A stretch of DNA of 63,923 nucleotides, filler included, from Octopus bimaculoides (lineage: Eukaryota): assembly GCF_001194135.2 (NCBI RefSeq). It is 6 parts of 5 records of this genome, joined end to end, with 100 filler letters (N's around TTAATTAATTAA, not from the genome) between each part and the next. Parts side by side here need not be neighbours in the genome. Positions count along the whole stretch, not along the records: positions 1 to 19,791 come from NC_068997.1; positions 19,892 to 32,766 come from NC_068991.1; 4 more parts are not named here. The stretch is one strand, 5' to 3'. The notes beneath the pieces are model-generated. The model worked only from the letters and a program-made list of their open reading frames with translations, had not been told where the DNA came from and ran no database searches. The first letter of the stretch is position 1, and every line of letters starts with the position of its first letter. The translations under genes were made by a program, and so were the position numbers. Below, piece by piece: positions 11,245 through 22,344 of the stretch.

Positions 11245-12964
11245 GTTGCATTGGCCAGAATTGCTTCAAACCTGAAATGGAGACAAATTTCAATAAAAGG
11301 GATCACATGAAATCATTTGCATGAAACTAATTTGAAACATTTCAACCTATCGTGGTTTGTTTTAATTACGAGCTACAGTTTCAATTCATCAATGAATCTT
11401 CTGAAATATTTAGATTCTTCATCTGTATTACAGTTTGGAAGTTATTTAAAAAAGTTTGATCAAATAACTAACATATCATTCAACTACAGTAGTAGTTGAA
11501 TAACATTCTTAAGGCCATAATTTACTCACACGCAGCATCTTCAGAGCTTTGTTGCTAATTTAGTTCTTAAACAAATTGAAAACTGTTAACATTTTTGAAG
11601 AGAACTGGTCCCTAGCTACATTTTAGCATAAATAATTGAGATTTGGTCCAGTAGAAAAAAGTTTGCATCAAACTTTGTAGCAACGTTATACGAGAGTAAG
11701 TAACTCCTCCAGTTTAGTTCTAAATAACATTTTTGTATTTTAAACGCAAAATATATTATCTTAGCTTCAATGATAGAAGAAAGCATGTGGAATTTCATAC
11801 ATTTGGTCTCATGCAACAAAAATTTGTATAAAAAATGTTGTGAGGTAAAATATCACGAAAAAATATAAGCAAGGCAAAAAGTTGGATTTAAGTATAATTA
11901 ACTTTTTTTATTTAAAAAATAAACTATATTTTAATTAAGCTTAAATGATAGAAATAAATTCGAGGAAATTCATGGTATCAATTTCATTTAGTGAAGTTTT
12001 AAAAGAAATAAATTATGAGTGTTTGTTTTTTTTTATGAATATAGTTCTATAAGGGGACTTTTAATATATGCCAACGGCATCATTGAGGTAATTTTCAATA
12101 AGGTAAAATCTTAAATTATTAATTGACATATTAATTAGCATAATAAATATTGGCTGTATATTACTAATAATAATAATAATGATAGCAATAATAATGGGAC
12201 CCTGAGGAGATGGAGTATCCTATATTTTATAATATTTTATAATATGTATTAATCATTCTGGATGTTCCATCGAAATGTACATAGGTCAATTTCATTATTA
12301 TTATTATTATTGTTGTTGTTGTTGTTGCAATAAAGTATTTTCAACGGATCAGTTTTGAGCTCTATTTAAAGTTGATATATATATACATATATATATGTAT
12401 ATATACATATGTGTGTATACACACACACACACACACACACACATATATGTATATATACATTTGTATATATATATATGCCATCCATTTTTATTTTATTTTA
12501 TTTTATATTGTATATTGTATATTATATTATATATTGTATATTCCATATTCTATACCCCACATTAGTTCTGCAGGAATATAAATAAAACAAAAAACAGACA
12601 GTGTTGGAACTCTTTTAANNNNNNNNNNATATATAACGTGAGAGAGTTAGGGGTTGGGGGTTCAACCCACTAAGGGATAGTATCTATCCAGTATACTGCT
12701 GGGAGGGTACCCAATTATTGCTACACTAGTGCTATACTAGGTGCAATCAATGGGAGCGGGTAAAAGCGGAGGTTTTACCCAAAATTTGTATAACAATTAG
12801 AAAATGGAGGATAATATGCTGAACCCAACTACTTGCAGACGGTGTATCCCGTTGAATTCATTAATCTAATCCATAGCAAAAGTGACAAAAAAAGAAAGAA
12901 AAGGAAAGAAAGAACCAAAATATATATATGTATATATTTTTATTTAAATTATTTAGAATTTATT

Positions 12965-14925
12965 CAAAAATGTTTCTGCTTGAAAGCTGCGGTCATGCTG
13001 TGGCACCACCGTTGAATGAGCTACACCATTATTTGGAACCTCGTCTGATATGTGGTATTTGGTCAATGAGGGAATTTGATGCTGCTGCTCTCATCTGTGT
13101 TTCCTGCCGTGAGGTAGGCTCGTCTGGAACCCTTGACTGGAAGAGATCCAGTTTTGTTTTAAAGACACTTACATCCACACCATGCAGGTCTCTTAGGCAT
13201 TTTCGAAGGATATTAAAGAGCTGTGGGCCCTTGAAGCCCAAGCTGTTGCAGTATCTGGTCCTGTATTTTGATGGCGATGCTAGGAACTTTAGCACTCTGC
13301 AGCGGCGCCTCGTTCTACAGTTTGAGTAACTTTCAATCCCAAAGTTTGGTACAAGGCCTTCTAGGATTTTCCAGATGTTTATCACTGCATATCTCTCCCA
13401 CCTTCGTTGCAGGAAGAAGAGTTTTAATTCTTTCAGTCTTTCTCAGTAGCTGATACGTTGCATCGAGACGACTTTCTTAGTGTAGCTTCGTTGGATTGCT
13501 TCGAGTTCCACCGTGGATTTTATATTGTGTGGTGACCATAGTTGGGAGCAGTAGTCCAAGGGGCTGAGGACGTATGTCCTCCAGAGGATCATCAATGTCT
13601 CCTTTTCTCTTGTTTTGAAAGTTCGGAGGATCCATCCAACCAGCCGTATGCATTTTATTACCAAATTGGTAATATGCACTTGAAAAGATGCATCATTGCT
13701 CATGTCAATGCCCAGGTCACATACTGATTTTGATTCAGGGATTTCAATTCCTCCTGGGCCAGTGTATCCTGTATGCATGTCGTTTAGCTTTGTGTGCTGG
13801 TAGTGTAGAGTCTGGAATTTTCCTGCATTAAACTGCATGTTGTCCTCAGCCCACCTGTATATTGAGTCCAACTCTCGTTGCAGATGTGCAATATTTCCAG
13901 GATTTTGTATTGCCTGAGAAACTTTTGTATCATCTGCCTAGCTAGTAAGGGTGGCTCTCTGAGCAGCCGAGGGCATGTCTGAGAGGGCCACTATGAGACG
14001 GCCCCAAGACAGTGCGTTGTGGAACATCACTTGCTATTTGTGTTTCCTTGGATGTGGCTCCATTGGCCACTACTGACTGACGTCTAGCTTTTAGAAAGCC
14101 GTGCAGCCACTCTCCAAGTCTTCCGCCAATGCCAAGACCACGCAGTTTGTTACATATCATACCATGGTCGACTTTGTCAAAGGCTTTTGCAAAGTTGAGA
14201 TGTATCACAGCTGCTCTTGAGTCATTCAGCAGCTGTCTTAACACCCAGTCGTAGTGTTGCAGGAGCTGTGTTATACAGATGCTACCTGGTCGAAATCCAT
14301 GCTGGGTGTCAATCAGCAAGTCATTTTCTTCTAGGAACGCGATTAGTTTCTTGCGGACTATTCGTTCCACGACTTTACTGATGTGTGAAGTCAGAGTGAT
14401 AGGCCTATAATTTTTAGCATCTGCTCTACTTCCTCCTTTATGAATAGGGCATATTATCCCTTCCTTCAGATTGTCTGGGAGCTTACCATTTGCAAGGAAG
14501 CTCTGGAAGAGAAGCTGCAGTGGTTTTGAGTAGGACCGCTGGAAATCCATCCGGACCAGCAGCTGAGTTTGTGCCAATCTCATTTATGGCCAGCATTAAA
14601 TCTTCAATGCTTATGCACTCAATTTTTACCTCTTTGGTTTCAGGTGTGGCAAAGAATTCTGCTGGTTTGTTCACTTGCCTGCGTCCCAGTGGTGTAGTGA
14701 ACACACTTTGGAACAGTTCGTTCATTATTTCACTTACCCTCATGGGATTTCCTGTGAGGGAGACATCTTTTTGGAAGAGGGGTTCTATGTTGTGGTGTGT
14801 TGAGGCTGTTTCTTTGGCGAATTTAAAGAAATCATTAGGGTTCGACTTGATATTTTCTATAACCCAAGCTTCTTTGTTTGCTCTCTCCTTTTCATGAGAC
14901 TGATGCAGACTTTTATAAATCTCGC
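12965..14925 (-). mobile_element. CR1/L2-clade LINE, 5'-truncated and degraded, RT plus 3' end
   Basis: ICPIHKGGSRADAKNYRPITLTSHISKVVERIV, QHGFRPG, FAKAFDKVDH, DVPQRTVLGP, YADDTKV-like, DLGI, and YCSQLWSP...LEAIQRSYTK, spread over several frames. Confidence 0.9.
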
Positions 14926-15199
14926 CATGTGGTGAGCGGAAACTTGTTATTGATGAAAGGCATATACGCTGAAACCACGTGATCTAGCAGTTCTGCAAAT
15001 CATGCCAGACGACTTTCCCCGGCTAAAGTTATACATATGGTTTTAGCACTGTGCATCTATCTATATAAGAGGAGCTCCCAAGGCGAATACTGCAGTAATA
15101 TGGCGTTCTCAAAATACATCCCATGTTAAACCGAATATTAAGACTGCTAGTCGGTGTTAATACTGTTTCCGTTGATAATACACACACACACAAACACAT

Positions 15200-15287
<88 letters not shown>

Positions 15288-15349
15288 GTGTGTAAACATA
15301 AATACGTTATCACATGTATACATCGATGTGTATGTTCAGTATCATAATT

Positions 15350-15770
15350 AAAACGCAACCAGGTTGATATTATTGCTAGCCGTCACGATAGATAAAATAT
15401 GCTCTGTTGAGAAAGTCAATGTGGGAAAAAGAATGCTGGAGAAAGACTTTGTAATTTGAACACTTATTGTTTCCCAAAAAGTTCTCGACAATACTCTTGA
15501 AGTTCCTCCATGCCTGCTTTTGAGATTCATTCATAGATTTCTCATAATCTGGACCAACAGACGATCTTATCACGAACCCAGTTGTCAGAATAGACTTTTA
15601 GTTTCATAACCATCATCGTTGAAACCAAAACGCGTGTACAGCTCGTTTGGGTAAAAGCAGGATGTAACTGAGACTCCTGAATACAGTACATCACTTATGT
15701 GCTCCATATTATCGTCATATCTGGGAGATTAACAATCGTCTTGAAGTTCTGAAGTTTTATCAGGAGAAAA
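15350..15770 (-). mobile_element. Degraded DNA transposase relic, Chapaev3/CMC-like
   Basis: QAWRNFKSIVENFLGNNKCSNYK followed by FLQHSFSHIDF. This resembles the AW..F..V..NFLGN.K..NY...HFLHSHLDFF block. The family assignment is from memory. Confidence 0.5.
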
Positions 15771-16149
15771 ATGAAACGAACAAGACACCATTATTTTGCT
15801 TAATTTTTTATTATTATTGTTATTCTAGTTTTACTTCTCAGAGCACCCGGTCTTGTTTGCTCTGGTTGATTCTGTCATATCTATAATCTTGGTTTTTGTT
15901 TTTCGTTTATCTATCACAATATCTGGTCCCCAAGCATCGATTAGAGAGATACTATTCCTGCCCCATATTCTTCTTCTTATTATTATTATATGAAAACTCA
16001 CAGCGGATTTTGCTGGGTATGATGCTAAGTGTCAGCTGTCCACAGCCAGCAGACTAAGATCACGTTTACTGATCATGCTTCAAGAACCCTGCAAGGAATT
16101 CTTGCAGTTCTAAGCAATGCTGATTTTTGTTATTATTATCCTTATTGCT

Positions 16150-16500
16150 GACCTGTGGGTTTATGTCGCGTGTAGGACAGATCCGGCTATCAACTGAATC
16201 CATAGTGAGGATTGCCCCGCCGCCCTCGTTTGACCAGGAGGAGCAGGCAATTTTTATTTGTCTGGTGGATGTAGCGAAAGAGGTAGTATGGTGGACTCGT
16301 TTGAAAGGGCTAAAGTCAGACTCTTTCCTCTTTGGTTAAGCCCTCATCAACTACTTCAAGTTTTACTTGAAGAGAAAAATGAGGATGGAGAGGGAAGTGT
16401 TACCTTCTAGCAAGTTTGTCGAAAGGTGGGTGAATGTCAGAAGAATAGCCAGTGTGAAAGGATCAATTCTGAGCATACACCTGTGAAGAAATAAAAGGAA
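16150..16500 (+). mobile_element. Tx1/L1-like ORF2 C-terminal relic, copy 1
   Basis: AIFICLVDVAKEVVWWTRLKGLKSDSFLFG*ALINYFKFYLKRKMRMEREVLPSSKFVERWVNV. It is homologous to 19305-19560. Confidence 0.55.
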
Positions 16501-17155
16501 AAGGGCTCTTGTTCTGTTGATCAGGTACCCGTGTAGAGGAAGTTTGAAAAAGTGTAAATTACTTTAAAGCCATGACAAGTGCATTAAAAATATATATTTA
16601 GTCATTATATAGGCCTACATACCATTCAGCTATTTTTTATTATTGTTCTAGTCATTTGTTCTTGATTTCATCATTGTCTTATCTAAAAGTCTGTCGCAAA
16701 AAGAAATGAATAACAAGAAAAATCATCATATTTTTGGCAGCCATTTGTGCAAAATTTGTGCAAAATCTGTACATGATAGGCGAAAACTAAAGGCATTTGA
16801 AATTAGCATTAAAAAATACTTCAGAATCACCTATAAGCAGACAATCATCATTTACTTCATTTAAAAATGCAAACTTGTGTAAAGAAACAATGTCATAATG
16901 ACCCCTAAATTGACGTAGTAAAGTGAAATTAACTTAGCAAATAGCTGTGGAAGTTACACTTTTATCTTCTACATGTTCCAGACCAAAACCTGTGGCCATG
17001 CTGAAGCAACGCTTTGATTCATTTAATTTTTTTTTTATTATGTTTGAATGCTTATTAGTATTACGATAATAAATAGATACATCGCCAGAACGGAAAGTAG
17101 ATATGATAGTTACTTAGGCAGACAGACAGACAGACAGACAGACAGACAGGCAGGC

Positions 17156-17188
<33 letters not shown>

Positions 17189-17846
17189 GGCAGACAGGCA
17201 GGCAGACAGACAGACAGACACAGACAGACAGGCAGGTAGGTAAGTTTACCGATATATCAAATGTTATGCAAATAGGGATACATAATAGATAAACAAATAG
17301 ACAGAGAGCTGAACTGAAGTGGAATGAAAAGAAATGAAAATGGCTTCAATTGGTAAATAATTTAGACTGAGCATTGTTGGTGGTTTGACAGCGAACAGTG
17401 TGGTTTGTTTACATATTTTTAGTTTTTTAAATACCCTCACTTAGCGCATGTGTTTTAATGCTATTTCATTATCGTCTGCTCAATCGAAACATATATTTAT
17501 AAAATATGGACAACGGTAGATGACATTAGCTAAACAGAGAAAGAATGAAAAGAATTATTTTTCAAAAAATAAACATGTACTACATGTAAGATGTGTCTGC
17601 CTGCTCAACAATTGCATTGAAGCCACTTCATTAAAAGGTGCACAAGAAGGAATACGCTTCCTAATACCTCGTACGAAGCTAGTGTCAAATGGCTCCAACT
17701 TTCCATTCATTTCGGAATGGAATGTAAGGCTGTCCTATTATCTGACAATAATAAATAAGGCACATGGACAGACATTTAACAAGATAGAATATATTTGTCA
17801 CATCTTCTGTTCAGCCATGAGCAAATATATATGTGGCATTTTCTAG

Positions 17847-17907
17847 GGCCAGGAAATTGTCTGATGCGACAGTAAGAGTAGTTAAGACTATCAGACATGT
17901 CAAACAA
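17847..17907 (+). CDS. Putative short internal exon A (ARKLSDATVRVVKTIRHVKQ) of an unknown gene
   Basis: Acceptor TTTTCTAG, donor CAA|GTAAGT, and clear peptide similarity to 18262-18343. Confidence 0.5.
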
Positions 17908-18261
17908 GTAAGTTATACAAAAAGCAAGTGCTGTGATAGTAAATGTAGAATTTTATTAATCTCATGTACATGTATGCCATTCATATTACATTTAGTTCAT
18001 AGAATCTGTAAAGTATTTTTTGTGATCATACCTATTTCATACACATCTAAATTAGTTCATCTTTAGTATTTCCGTTTATATATGGATGTCACATACAAGT
18101 TGTGTAGTCCATTTTGTAATATAGAATGTTTGATTCTGATTCAGGGAGTAAGCTCATGTTTCTTTCTACGTATATAGCACAATCATATGAAATATAGTTT
18201 GTATTTATTTATTTATTTAATTTTAGTACTTAGTCAGGGATAGTTATGTTGTATTTTCTAG

Positions 18262-18343
18262 GGCCAGGAAACTAAATGATATTGTTCTTAAAGTAGTAAA
18301 TACAATTAGGAAAGGAAAACAAAAGAAGAAAAACAATCATTAA
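18262..18343 (+). CDS. Putative terminal exon B (ARKLNDIVLKVVNTIRKGKQKKKNNH*), paralogous to exon A
   Basis: Same acceptor context TTTTCTAG|GGCCAGGAAA and same phase as exon A. It ends in TAA followed by AT-rich sequence containing AATAAA. Confidence 0.5.
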
Positions 18344-19102
18344 AAACAATGTATATAAGGAAGTATTAAATTAATGGTACTATGATAATGCTAATTAATG
18401 GTTTCATGGTTTAAATGATACAATGACGTAATAATTATACTGGTATCTCTACAATGTTATTAATTATTGATTTTTATTAATTTCTTTTGTAAATCATATT
18501 CATTATATAAAATACATGTCAATGTTTATTTAAATGTAAATAAAATCACGTGTATTTTAGAAAATAATTACTTTTCCTTAACTTTAGCTTAATTTAATTA
18601 AATCACTTAAATTACATAATGTGTGGATGCACAAATAAATGTAAAAGTTATTTATTGCCTTAGTTGCCTATGGTTGTGGAACTAGCATGAGTTCAGTTAC
18701 AGCATACTGAAACAAAGTAATTATATAGATAATGTAAACATGCGCGAATTAGACAACAGTGACCACTGAGAATCTATTCATTAATACGCTGTGGTTGAAT
18801 GCGTTACGCTATCACGTGATTAGTGGAGGGAGAGGTGAAGTGCGAGAGAAAAAGAGGAAGAGTGAGAAGTGTTAACAACATGACATAGAAAGGAAATAAT
18901 AGTTATTACATTAAGACCGACTGTGTGACGCTGTCACGTGGTTAGTTTAAAAAAAGAAAGAGAAGAGTGTTATCGTTGAGAGGCAAAAGAAAGGTATTGC
19001 TATTACGTTGTGTTGTTAGTTAGTTGAAGAAAGAGGTAGAAAGTAGAAAGAGGGAGATATAAACATGTAAAGTGCAGAGGCATGTGGCATAGTTGATGCA
19101 AG

Positions 19103-19184
<82 letters not shown>

Positions 19185-19304
19185 NNNNNNNNNNAGAAAG
19201 GAATATGGGAATGGAAATCAGTTACATGATTTTAAACGAAGTACAGCAAAATATTGTGACAGACAGTAAAAATAAAAGTTTAGTCGCTATTATAGGTTTT
19301 AATA

Positions 19305-19560
19305 TCAGCCAGTGGACCAAGTTGAAAGGGTTGAAGACTGACATTTTCCTCTTTGGCCGAACCCTCATCAACTTCTTCAAGTTTCACTTGAAAAGGAAAA
19401 TGAAGGTAAGGAGGGAAGTGCTGCCTCCCAGCAATTTTGTTAAAAGGTGAGTGAATGTAGCGCGAATAGCCCGAATGAACGGGTCTATTCTAAGCATGCG
19501 CCTCTAGATCGAGGAGTGGGCACTTTCCCTAGAGGTTAGGGGGATCGTGGTTTCTGTGGA
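19305..19560 (+). mobile_element. Tx1/L1-like ORF2 C-terminal relic, copy 2
   Basis: QWTKLKGLKTDIFLFGRTLINFFKFHLKRKMKVRREVLPPSNFVKR, similar to 16290-16470. Confidence 0.55.
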
Positions 19561-19580
19561 GTTTCCTCAANNNNNNNNNN

Positions 19581-19622
<42 letters not shown>

Positions 19623-20135
19623 GGAGAGAAGGGCAAAGAGAGTGCTGACAGAAAGGAATATGGGAATGGAAATCAGTTACATGATTTTAAACGAAGTACA
19701 GCAAAATATTGTGACAGACAGTAAAAATAAAAGTTTAGTCGCTATTATAGGTTTTAATATCAGCCAGTGGACCAAGTTGAAAGGGTTGAAGNNNNNNNNN
19801 NNNNNNNNNNNNNNNNNNNNNNNNNNNNNNNNNNNTTAATTAATTAANNNNNNNNNNNNNNNNNNNNNNNNNNNNNNNNNNNNNNNNNNNNTCGGGTTAA
19901 AATTTCATCAACATCAAAAATATATGAATTTTCATGGGAGTTATGGCCGTTATGCATAGAATATAATTTCCAAATTTCATAAAGATCCATTCAGTACTTT
20001 TGACGTAGTTTTGGATAAGAAAACAAATGACTAATGTGTGTGTTTGTGTGCATGTGTTTGTGTGTGATGGGTGTATATATGTATAGATATCTGTATGCAT
20101 GTATATATATGTATATATGTGTACATATAACATGT

Positions 20136-20176
<41 letters not shown>

Positions 20177-20274
20177 CATACACATATGTATACATGTACA
20201 TGTATGCATATAGATCTCTCTCTATATATATCTATACCTATACGTGTACATATACATCTATATATATACAAATA

Positions 20275-20323
<49 letters not shown>

Positions 20324-20449
20324 TTCTCTCTTTCTCTCTCTCTCTGAAAGTATCTGTCATTACAGTATCGAAATGTGATTGTTTCAGTTAGTGGAATAGT
20401 TTCATTTTTAAAGTGAAAGTATTTGACATGAGTGTTTTTGTTTCACTTT

Positions 20450-20765
20450 TGACACGTAATACTTAAATAGTGGAGGAGATATTATGTTGCCGTGGGCTCG
20501 AACTCTGCAAGAAGTTAAAAAATTTTTTGACTAAAACACAACTGGAACCCTAAGTAAGGCATCTGTAAAATTTGAATGAAATTGGTTGCGCAGTTCTCGA
20601 GTTTTAGGGATTCACACAGACAGACAGACAGACAGACAGAAAGACAGACAGACAGACAGAAAGACAGACAGACAGACAAAAAGACAGACACACATTCTCA
20701 TTTTTATATATAGAGAAGACAGACAGACAGACAGACACACATTCTCATTTTTATATATATAGATG
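20450..20765 (+). mobile_element. Helentron-associated non-autonomous (HINE/DINE-1-like) 3' part
   Basis: AAATTTGAATGAAATTGGTTG...GAGTT, then (CAGA)n, then TTTTATATATATAGA. This is the typical DINE-1-like 3' organisation. The terminal block is duplicated. Confidence 0.55.
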
Positions 20766-20769
20766 ATTG

Positions 20770-20900
20770 GATTGCAAGAAGAAAGAACCGCAAAACGGAT
20801 TCTTCAAGACAGTCGGCAGGAGATGTAAGAGTAGACCAAGAATGAGATGGTTGGACAATATCCATAGACTCAGTTGGTCATGCCTGGGAATCTATGCATG
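20770..20900 (+). mobile_element. RTE-like LINE 3' fragment
   Basis: RTAKRIL...GRCKSRPRMRWLD, resembling the RTE GRR.RGRPR.RW.D C-terminal motif. Confidence 0.5.
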
Positions 20901-21994
20901 AGGTGTCTGAAGATTCTACCTCCGAGACCCTCCCAGGAATAGTGGATAGAGAATTAATGGATAAATGGATGGATTACTGCTTGAGGATTCAATCTCTCAT
21001 TGTCAATATGTCATTGCATCACGAGCCAGAGGACCAAAAAATTACCCATCCCTATACTCTGTAGGGGAAAACAAAGAGCATTGTTTATGAAACTTTGATA
21101 TAAAATCTCGCTCGAACGACAGAAAGATGAAACAGATAGGAAAAGAAGAAAAGGAGGAAGGTGAAGAGAAAATAAAAAGCAAAATGCAAAACCTACACTT
21201 GAATAGGATAGAATAGAAAACTACATCCATTTGGTTTCACGTCCAGGTTGGAGCAAATCGATTCCATGTACGTTTCCGACAAGCTCTTAAACAAACTATA
21301 ACGTTTACGTCAACAGTAAATACATTGTAATGCAACTTCATACTGTGGCTAAAGTACATTGTAATGTAACTTTATATTGTGCTTGTGTGTATACCCTTGG
21401 GCCGCCATCATCAAACCAAACTGGCTAAACGACTTTCTATTTTTTTCTTTTATTCTAAATACACTCATATACGGACATGTATTTGTCAACATACGTATTT
21501 ATATTCATATTTACATCTATATTTATTGACCGTTGACTGAACACTATTCAATTTTTTTTCTCCGTGTTTTTCTCCTTGTCTCCGTATTCTTTCTGTTGAA
21601 GAGCGTAGCTCGAAACGTCAAAGACTTTCCGTATTCCCGAGCGTNNNNNNNNNNAGCGTAGCTCGAAACGTCAAAGACTTTCCGTATTCCCGAGCGTCAT
21701 ACTAATATATACTTTTGTTATTTACACCACCTGTCCTCGTCTGTTGTTATTATTTGTATATTCTCCCATAGATATTAGAGTACTTGAGCGGAGAGAGATA
21801 GTAGCTCGTCTTGCCTTTATGCTGGCCGAAAGGAGAAAGGAAGAGGTGACCACAGGTCACATGTGATCAACGAGGAGTGGTAGAGAGAGGAAAAAGGAGG
21901 AAAATGGAGGAAGTGGAACAAAGGTGAGCGACGAGAGACAGAGAGTAAGAGTAAGAGAGAGATGTGTATAGCAGTGAAGGGGAGAAGCAAGGAC

Positions 21995-22310
21995 AATACA
22001 AAATGGGACAAGAACGCAAAACATCCAGACAGTTCGGTGATACAAGAAAGGGACAAAACATCCAGATAGACGATACAAAGAAAACACGGACAGGTCATTC
22101 GGAGTTTTCTCTCTTCAGTCGAGATCCAGATTATCCTTGCAATTTCGGCTGGTTATTCTCGATATTGCTCCAATCTGGCCAACCCCAAGGAAAAACTAAG
22201 CTAAGAGCATTAGATTCCTTGGAAGAAAGCAGCGAATGTATACAAAAACAAGGACGGAAAAAAACGAACAATGTTACACAAATACAATAAAAATAATAAA
22301 ACAGGACATA
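21995..22310 (+). repeat. Interspersed repeat family X, copy 2
   Basis: Direct similarity to 1370-1610 and inverted similarity to 29050-29275 and 29830-30115. Confidence 0.7.
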
Positions 22311-22344
22311 ACAACAGATGTCTTTCGACTAAGGACGAAATATA

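Noticed and set aside
19195-19791. Apparent direct duplication of about 155 bp (19195-19350 and 19630-19791)
   Set aside because: The copies are identical and abut short N gaps, so this is most likely overlapping contig ends.
19836-19847. TTAATTAATTAA islands inside N runs (also 32811, 52805, 60148, 62555)
   Set aside because: An identical six-frame-stop 12-mer flanked by Ns five times is a scaffolding linker, not biology.
21602-21698. Exact repeats on both sides of 10-N gaps (also 26513-26607 and about 43660-43790)
   Set aside because: Typical unmerged contig overlap. These are not tandem repeats or CRISPR-like arrays.
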